Position numbers and translations under genes: made by a program
Source: Pseudomonadota bacterium
GTDB lineage: Bacteria; Bdellovibrionota_G; JALEGL01; DATDPG01
DNA length: 14,175 nucleotides
Reading direction: 5' to 3'
NCBI GenBank assembly: GCA_043804515.1
Contig: JAZDIZ010000065.1
Span: forward strand, 1 to 14,175
The notes under the pieces: generated by a model
Seen by the model: only the letters and a program-made list of their open reading frames with translations
Told to the model about the DNA's origin: nothing
Databases searched by the model: none
Shown here: positions 1-5,575 of the stretch, piece after piece
How positions within the stretch are numbered: position 1 is the stretch's first letter
Layout: every line of letters begins with the position of its first letter

Positions 1-1058
1 AGGCGACGAGGTTCGGTTGCCCGTTCCTCATCTCCGCCCGCGTGGTTTTGCGGTGCTTTAGAGTTTTATCCCTGAAGAACCTAGGAAACCTATGGCTTGC
101 TTCCTCCCCTTTCGCCCTTTCGTTCGTCGGGCCTTAGGGTATTCGGTCCCTCAAGGCGGTCCGTATGTCTCCATACGTCCCCATCCTCTTCGGCACTTGC
201 ACGCCACCTCGGCGTCTCGGCCTCCCACAAGCCGCCTTCGTACTGGAACGAACCGTCTCCGATCCGCCCCCTCCAAAAGCGCCTCGCGTTCGCTTTGTGG
301 CCCTACAGCATTTGAGGAACAGGATACCCTTCCCTAAAGCACCTCGGGTGCTCCCAAGGTGTCCCGGCGGCTTGCCCGGCCCCCGGAAAGTCACGCTCCC
401 AGGGTTTGGCTACCCTCTCAGCGCGTCTTTCAGTCTCCCGCCCCGTGGAAGCCTCTTTCAGCTCCCGACGCTCTTGGGCTTCGCCCTTCAGAGCTTTTCT
501 CCTCTCAGGTGATCGTAGAAAGGTTTCCCTTCCCCTCTCCGCTCCTGCACTTCCTTGCGAAACCTCACGACCTCGCATCGGTGCTTCAGCGGCTTCATCC
601 CACCTGAAAAGCCGTGCCCCTTTCTGCTCCCCGGGTGTTTAACCCGGTCGGGGCCTTCTGCTCTCTTGGGCTTTCCAACCTCTCGGGCTCTCCCCCGCCG
701 GACCCCCCTGAAGTGTCTTCTCCCCACCTCAGGTCCCCCTCTCGTCCTTCCACCCAAAACGCCTCTCGACGCACCAGGCAGCGAACCTCAGGGTTCCTCT
801 GTCCGACGGCTGGCTCTCTCCCCTCGTAAAGGGCGCCGGCCCGTCTGGCCTTCCTCACCGGATCCAGATCTCCCACCTCTTAAAAAGCTCCACACGCTGC
901 GGACTATTTTTTCATCTCGAGTCCCCGGAAAGCCTCTCAACCCCCCGGATCACTCTCTTTGCAGCCTATGGCCTCTCGCCTATCGGAAGCTGGGACATCC
1001 TCTCGGTGTCTCCCACGGCGATCTCTCGCCTGTCGAAGGGATCTCTACGCGGGATGGT
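1..1058 (-). ncRNA. Candidate large, highly structured non-coding RNA of unrecognised family (about 1.05 kb or more; 3' end may lie beyond position 1)
   Basis: No credible ORF in any frame. The plus strand is visibly C/T-skewed, so the minus strand is G/A-rich. Minus-strand GNRA-capped hairpins (plus coordinates): 1017-1030 GAGA, 991-1015 GAGA, 925-948 GAGA (10 bp, 5 G-U), 759-772 GAGA, 669-680 GGAA, 556-577 GUGA (9 bp, 3 G-U), 517-534 GAAA, 273-300 GCGA, 245-270 GAGA (11 bp, 4 G-U), 162-177 GAGA, 14-23 GCAA. Longer-range helices: 801-809/695-703, 725-733/707-715, about 601-609/502-511, 232-238/153-159, 313-323/20-30. The 5' boundary is inferred from the upstream promoter-like element. Confidence 0.75.
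426..467 (-). repeat. Near-perfect direct repeat TCTTTCAG(T)CTCCCG (minus strand CGGGAG(A)CUGAAAGA) inside the candidate RNA
   Basis: 426-440 TCTTTCAGTCTCCCG and 454-467 TCTTTCAGCTCCCG differ by a single-base indel. Confidence 0.7.
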
Positions 1059-1064
1059 GTCAGC

Positions 1065-1107
1065 GACCTAGGGAATTGGGAGAGGACGTCAAGACTTTTT
1101 TTGACGT
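1065..1107 (-). promoter_or_regulatory. Candidate sigma70-type promoter for the large RNA, within a perfect inverted repeat ACGTCAA-N8-TTGACGT
   Basis: Minus-strand TTGACG at 1092-1087, a 16-nt spacer, then TAGGTC at 1070-1065 (imperfect -10). The inverted repeat arms are 1086-1092 and 1101-1107. The structured, skewed region begins just downstream. Confidence 0.45.
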
Positions 1108-1123
1108 GGCGGATTCGATGGGG

Positions 1124-1197
1124 TTTTAACCACTTACGTCCAGGCTCCCGACTCGGGGGTTTAGAAATATCTAAAGGGTTACTTTAACAATACGTTA
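1124..1197. promoter_or_regulatory. AT-rich upstream element with three AA-N4-TTA (IHF-box-like) motifs
   Basis: TTTTAA-CCAC-TTA at 1124-1136, ATCTAA-AGGG-TTA at 1169-1181 and TAACAA-TACG-TTA at 1185-1197. The last has one mismatch to the IHF consensus WATCAANNNNTTR. The patch is AT-rich in a GC-rich window. Confidence 0.35.
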
Positions 1198-1460
1198 AAT
1201 TCTCCTTGTGGCTTCAGGTCCGAATGAAGAGAGGAGAAGAATCATCAGATGCCTGGAGTGCGAGCGAATAGAGGGCTGTACGAGAGCGGCCCAGAGCGTT
1301 CAGGGGTGAAAATCATGCCCAAAGAGCTGATTTTTGGGGGGCGCCACGTGGGGGTCGCGGGACACATCAATAGCGGTGGAGATTCCCGTGGGTGGCACCA
1401 CAGGGGGCACACCGAGTGTCCCTCAAACCGCGATGCGAAAAAAATCGCCTGTTAGGGATC

Positions 1461-1796
1461 TCAAACGGCAGGCTTTGGATTAAGGAAGGTCTCGATCAGT
1501 TTCTTGTTCTGAGCGGTCAAGCGGGTGAACCTAAGGCCGCAACCCCTCCCCTCATGCCGCCACACTATTTCCCCGCGGGCCTTGACGAGCTCCGCAACGC
1601 CGGAGAGCGCGATTTCCAAGTCCAAAACCGTCCCGATAAAGGGCGGCCGATCGACTTTGAGAAATAGCCCGCCTAAGGAAAGGTCCTCCGTGAACCAGAC
1701 CTCCTCGCGTCCCCCCTCCTTGAAGGTGACACGGGCCGAAACCGGGATTCGTGGGGTCTTGCGCCTTTCCGGAACATGATTGGTCACGGGCTTCAT
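1461..1796 (-). CDS. Stand-alone PilZ-domain protein (predicted c-di-GMP receptor)
   Basis: 111 aa. Contains the RxxxR motif (ERRKTPR), the DxSxxG motif (EDLSLGG) and a C-terminal GEIVW...GCGLRF pattern. Starts 3 nt after the aspC stop. Confidence 0.9.
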   Translation of the reverse strand: MKPVTNHVPERRKTPRIPVSARVTFKEGGREEVWFTEDLSLGGLFLKVDRPPFIGTVLDLEIALSGVAELVKARGEIVWRHEGRGCGLRFTRLTAQNKKLIETFLNPKPAV

Positions 1797-1799
1797 CCT

Positions 1800-3005
1800 T
1801 CAAGCTCGGCGGAGCGAAGTCAATCCTTTTGACATGCGGTCGATTCCTTCCTCGAGCTGGGGAAGCGAAGCGCCGATGCTGATTCGAAGATGGTTCGGAG
1901 CGCCGAAAGCGGATCCGGGGACGACGGCGACGCCATGGTTTTCCAAAAGGTATGTGGCCAGTTCCACGTCGTCGCGGATCGTAGAACCCTTCTCGGTCTT
2001 GGATCCGACGAACGCGGCGCATTCGGGAAAAAAATAGAACGCTCCGGCGGGCTTCACCACGTGAAGGCCCGGGATCTTCGTCATCCTGTCGTGGATCCGG
2101 TCGCGCCTCTCCTGGAAAACGCGCCGCCTGGATGCCACCTCGGTTTGGGGGCCGGTGAGCGCCTCAAGCGCCGCCCATTGGGAGACCGACGCCGCGTTTG
2201 AAGTGGCGGTGGATTGGATCGTGTCCATTGCTTCAATGATCTTTCGATCCGCCACGGCCCAGCCGAGTCTCCAGCCCGTCATGGAATAGCTCTTCGAAAC
2301 TCCGTTCACGATCAGCAACTGCTCTTTCGGGAGGTCTTTGAGCATTCCCACGGAGAGGAATTCACGATCGTCGTAAAGGAAGTGTTCGTAAATGTCGTCT
2401 GTCACGACGGTCACGTCCGGATGCTGAAGGGCGGCTTGGGCCACCGCCTCCAGTACGGGACGAGGGAAAACGGCACCCGTTGGGTTGCAGGGGCTGTTCA
2501 AGAAGATCAGTCGGGTCCGCTGCGACACGGCGTTCCGGATTTGTTCGGGCGTCGGCATGAATCCGCTCGAGCGATCGGTTTTCACGATGACCGCGTTCGC
2601 TCCGGCCAGGCGGACCATCTCCGCGTACGAAACCCAATACGGCGCGAAGATCACGGCCTCATCCCCCTCGTCCAACAGGGCCAGCGACGCATTGAACAGG
2701 GCTTGTTTGGCTCCGCTCGTCACGACGACCTCTTGAGCGCCGAATTCCCTTCCGTACGTCCCGGTGGCCCGCTGGGCAACGGCCCGGCGGAGTTCGGGGA
2801 TTCCCGAGGTGGCCGTGTAGCGTGTCTCTCCCCGGCGGATCGCGTCGAACGCCTTTTCGCACACGTTGGGGGGCGTGGAAAAGTCCGGCTCGCCGGCCGT
2901 GAGGTTGACGATGGAAACACCCGAAGCCTGCAGAGCCTTCGCCTTCTGGTTCAGAACCAACGTTGCGGCGGGTTTGAGTTCACTGACGCGTTTATTGAGC
3001 CTCAT
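1800..3005 (-). CDS. aspC: Class I/II PLP-dependent aminotransferase (aspartate aminotransferase)
   Basis: 401 aa. Motifs AGEPDF, RYT..SGIPELR, GAKQAL, NSPCNPTG, DDIY, the PLP-lysine motif GVSKSYSMTGWRLG, and GAFY. Confidence 0.92.
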   Translation of the reverse strand: MRLNKRVSELKPAATLVLNQKAKALQASGVSIVNLTAGEPDFSTPPNVCEKAFDAIRRGETRYTATSGIPELRRAVAQRATGTYGREFGAQEVVVTSGAKQALFNASLALLDEGDEAVIFAPYWVSYAEMVRLAGANAVIVKTDRSSGFMPTPEQIRNAVSQRTRLIFLNSPCNPTGAVFPRPVLEAVAQAALQHPDVTVVTDDIYEHFLYDDREFLSVGMLKDLPKEQLLIVNGVSKSYSMTGWRLGWAVADRKIIEAMDTIQSTATSNAASVSQWAALEALTGPQTEVASRRRVFQERRDRIHDRMTKIPGLHVVKPAGAFYFFPECAAFVGSKTEKGSTIRDDVELATYLLENHGVAVVPGSAFGAPNHLRISIGASLPQLEEGIDRMSKGLTSLRRA

Positions 3006-3480
3006 ATTTTTCCCTCAGCCGGCGGGCGATCTCTTTCGGGACCATGTGGCTGATGTCGCCACCCAGACGCGCGATCTCCTTGATCACAGTGGAACTGAGG
3101 TAGGAATAACTTCCCTCCGTCATCATGAAGAAGGTCTCGATGTCTTCGGCCAGCGTCTTGTTGGCGAGGGCCATCTGGTACTCATATTCGAAATCGGAGA
3201 CGGTCCGGATCCCTCGAATCAAGATCGACGCCCTCTTCCGCCGGAGATAAGAGATCAAGAGGCCATTGAACCGGTCTACTTCGATCTGCTTGGAACCCTT
3301 GAAAACGTCCTTGATGAGTTCCACCCGCTCCTCGGACGTGAACATCGCCTTCTTTGGGGAATCCTCCGCCACGGCGACGATGACACGTTCGAACACCTTT
3401 TCCGCGCGCTGGACGATGTTCAAGTGGCCGAGCGTGAACGGATCGAAATGCCCGGCATAGACCGCTACGTTCGCATTCAT
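2992..3480 (-). CDS. coaD: Phosphopantetheine adenylyltransferase
   Basis: 162 aa. Motifs YAGHFDPFTLGH, IRGIRTVSDFEYEYQMALANK and LSSTVIKEIARLGGDIS. ATGA overlap with rsmD, matching the classical rsmD-coaD gene order. Confidence 0.96.
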   Translation of the reverse strand: MNANVAVYAGHFDPFTLGHLNIVQRAEKVFERVIVAVAEDSPKKAMFTSEERVELIKDVFKGSKQIEVDRFNGLLISYLRRKRASILIRGIRTVSDFEYEYQMALANKTLAEDIETFFMMTEGSYSYLSSTVIKEIARLGGDISHMVPKEIARRLREKYEAQ

Positions 3481-4100
3481 TCCTGCCCCTCATCCTTTCC
3501 GTTGTCGCCGCGGGCCTCCTCCTTCGCGGGGCGGACGGCCGTTCGCTCGAGAAACCAGAGTTCGGCGTCGCCGATCCGGTGGCGGCGGAGTACATGGAAG
3601 TCGCGTGATTGAATCTCCGTCGATCTGCGATCCCTCTCGATGATCATGACGCCGGTTCGCGCCAGAAGGCCTTTGGCGGCGATCCTAGGCAGTGTTCGCT
3701 CGACGAGATCTGAGCTGTATGGAGGGTCGAAAAAAATGATGTCGAACTCCCCCTTCACGCGGCCGAGCGCGTACGGGAGTTCTCCGGCGACGAGGAGCAT
3801 GCGGTCCTCCACGGCCAAAGTCGCGGCGTTGTGTTGGATCAGTTGGACGTTCTGGCGGAGGCTCTCCACGAATGTAGCCGAAGACGCGCCTCGGCTGAGG
3901 GCTTCGAAGCCCATGGATCCCGTGCCTGCGCAAAGATCCAATACACGGGCTTTCGGAAGCTTCCGGGCGATGATGTCGAACACCGACTCCCTCACCCGTT
4001 CGAGTGTGGGTCGCGTTCCTTTAACGCCCTTGGGAGGAGCGTCGATGGAGCGCCCTCCGAGTTGTCCCGCAATGATCCTCAAGTACAGATTCGTGCGCAT
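3477..4100 (-). CDS. rsmD: 16S rRNA (guanine-966-N2)-methyltransferase RsmD
   Basis: Motifs LRIIAG, TRPT..RVRESVF, VLDLCAGTGSMGFEALSRGA and DPPY. The start is more likely ATG at 4100 (or TTG at 4082) than 4199, because family similarity begins at RIIAG. Confidence 0.93.
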   Translation of the reverse strand: MRTNLYLRIIAGQLGGRSIDAPPKGVKGTRPTLERVRESVFDIIARKLPKARVLDLCAGTGSMGFEALSRGASSATFVESLRQNVQLIQHNAATLAVEDRMLLVAGELPYALGRVKGEFDIIFFDPPYSSDLVERTLPRIAAKGLLARTGVMIIERDRRSTEIQSRDFHVLRRHRIGDAELWFLERTAVRPAKEEARGDNGKDEGQE

Positions 4101-4234
4101 TGGAAGATGCCTAATGTCGTCGATGCACCGGGTGCTGTCAATCTGTTGCACCGGGTGCCGGGTCGGAGAATGCGCGCCTGAGCCATCTTGTCTTTTCAAT
4201 GGTTTCGGCCGAAAATTCGATTTAGACTACGCGC

Positions 4235-5575
4235 ATGCCCAAGAAACTCTTGGTGGCTGACAAAAGCGTTGTGATCCAAAAATCCGTCGGAATCACGTTC
4301 GCTCAAGAGGACTACCAGGTTACGTATGTAAGCGACGGTGAGGATGCGCTTCAAAGAGTCAGACAGATAAAGCCCGACGTCCTCCTGATTCACATCGGCA
4401 CGCCGAAACTTTCCGGGTACGAAGTCTGCGACCGGATCCGGAAAGACCCCCAGTTGAAAAACATGCCGGTCCTCCTGCTCGTGGGCGTTCATGAGCAGAT
4501 GGACGCAGCCAAAGAAAAAGCCGTGGGTGCGGACGGACACATCGTCAAACCGTTCGAGTCCCAGGCGCTGATTGACCGCGTTACGCAAGCTGTTGCGAGC
4601 CGGGTGGCCGCCCCTTCTTCGCCGACAGAAACAGCCAAGGCACCGGCGACATTTGCCCAGGAGCCCTTGGCTCCACAATCAACGGGCGGCAGGTCCGCGC
4701 CGCTCGCATCGCCCCAATTCCAGATTGCCCGGGACGCGCCGTTGCTGGACCTGGATGTTCCGCTTCCCGAACCGACGGCCGCCCCCATTGAGGGTGGAGA
4801 TGCATTTTCACTTTCCTTGGATGAATCCTTTCCCGCCGAGACCCCTCCCGAGGAGTCTCATGAACCGAAAGAGGAACCCGGGGTGCCCGTCGAAGCCGCC
4901 GCTCCGGAAGCGTTGGATTTCAGCGAGCCGACTCAGGCGGGTCTTCCTCTGGAATCGGAGCCTCCGGTTCCCGTGGAACCGTGGCTCGATGCCCCACCCG
5001 AGGCGGCGCCGCATGTTCCGGAGGAAATGGTCGTTCAAAAATCCGAGGAATTCTTTGGTGGATCGGAAGAACCCATCCAGTTCTTGGAGCCGGACGTGGA
5101 AGCCGCGGGTCCGGATGAGGTGCTTGCGACGTCCGAGGCCATGGCGCCCGAGGAAGGCTTCGATTTGACGTCGGCTACCGTGGAAACTCCCCTCGAGCTT
5201 GAAGTGAAACCGGACTGGTCCGCCATCGGAGGCACCGTGGATCTTCCCCGCGAGCCAGAGGTCTCTCCGCTTGTTCCGGAGCCTTTGATGGATCCAGCGT
5301 CGCAATTCACGGCCCCCGAGTCGATATTCGAGAGAGAGGAGCCGCGCCAAGCGCCGGTTTTCGAGTCCGAACGCGAGGAACCCAAGAAAGACACCGCCGT
5401 TCCCCCGTCGGGCGCTCCGGGGCCCGGATTGGAACTCTCGGAGAAGCAGATCGAAACGATCGTCGCCAAGGTGTTTGAGCGTGTGATCGAGCGGATTGCG
5501 TGGGAAGTCGTGCCGGATCTTGCAGAGCGGATCATCAAGGAAGAACTGGCCCGGCTCACGCTAGAAAAGCCGTGA
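4235..5575 (+). CDS. romR: RomR-like polarity regulator: degenerate N-terminal receiver domain, long Pro/Glu-rich linker, conserved C-terminal helix
   Basis: 446 aa. Receiver fold (LLVAD, SGYEVC, GADGHIVKPFESQ), a long low-complexity P/E/A linker, and a C-terminus ERIAWEVVPDLAERIIKEELARL typical of RomR. Lies directly upstream of valS. Confidence 0.85.
   Translation: MPKKLLVADKSVVIQKSVGITFAQEDYQVTYVSDGEDALQRVRQIKPDVLLIHIGTPKLSGYEVCDRIRKDPQLKNMPVLLLVGVHEQMDAAKEKAVGADGHIVKPFESQALIDRVTQAVASRVAAPSSPTETAKAPATFAQEPLAPQSTGGRSAPLASPQFQIARDAPLLDLDVPLPEPTAAPIEGGDAFSLSLDESFPAETPPEESHEPKEEPGVPVEAAAPEALDFSEPTQAGLPLESEPPVPVEPWLDAPPEAAPHVPEEMVVQKSEEFFGGSEEPIQFLEPDVEAAGPDEVLATSEAMAPEEGFDLTSATVETPLELEVKPDWSAIGGTVDLPREPEVSPLVPEPLMDPASQFTAPESIFEREEPRQAPVFESEREEPKKDTAVPPSGAPGPGLELSEKQIETIVAKVFERVIERIAWEVVPDLAERIIKEELARLTLEKP

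Noticed and set aside
225..300. Possible pseudoknot via CCACAA (300-295) pairing with UUGUGG (230-225)
   Set aside because: The 300-291 segment is better explained by the local GCGA-capped hairpin 273-300.
840..860. Minus-strand GAGGAAGGCC resembling the RNase P GAGGAAAGUCC motif
   Set aside because: The match is partial. I found no 3' ACAGAA.CCGGCUUA partner or other conserved RNase P regions, and the structured region is much longer than RNase P RNA.
1..1058. Interpretation as an rRNA fragment, tmRNA, group I/II intron, CRISPR array or IS/MITE
   Set aside because: I found no universal 16S/23S motifs, tRNA-like ends, group II domain V or group I core. There are no regularly spaced identical repeats, terminal inverted repeats or transposase. 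This was assessed by eye only.
92..1187. ORFs over the first kilobase (92..337 with an AGGA-N5-ATG start, 165..512, 555..1187 of 210 aa, 303..578 and others)
   Set aside because: They give Pro/Leu/Ser/Arg- or Gly/Glu/Arg-rich translations that mirror the nucleotide skew, with no recognisable domain and mutual overlaps on both strands. They are better explained as by-products of a GC-rich structured RNA.
1429..1449. Inverted repeat downstream of pilZ as an intrinsic terminator
   Set aside because: The stem is short and the U-run lies inside the loop rather than after the stem.
4101..4199. N-terminal extension of RsmD to 4199 (and of ValS to 5500)
   Set aside because: These are longest-ORF artefacts. 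Family similarity starts later, and the GTGA overlap supports a valS start at 5572.
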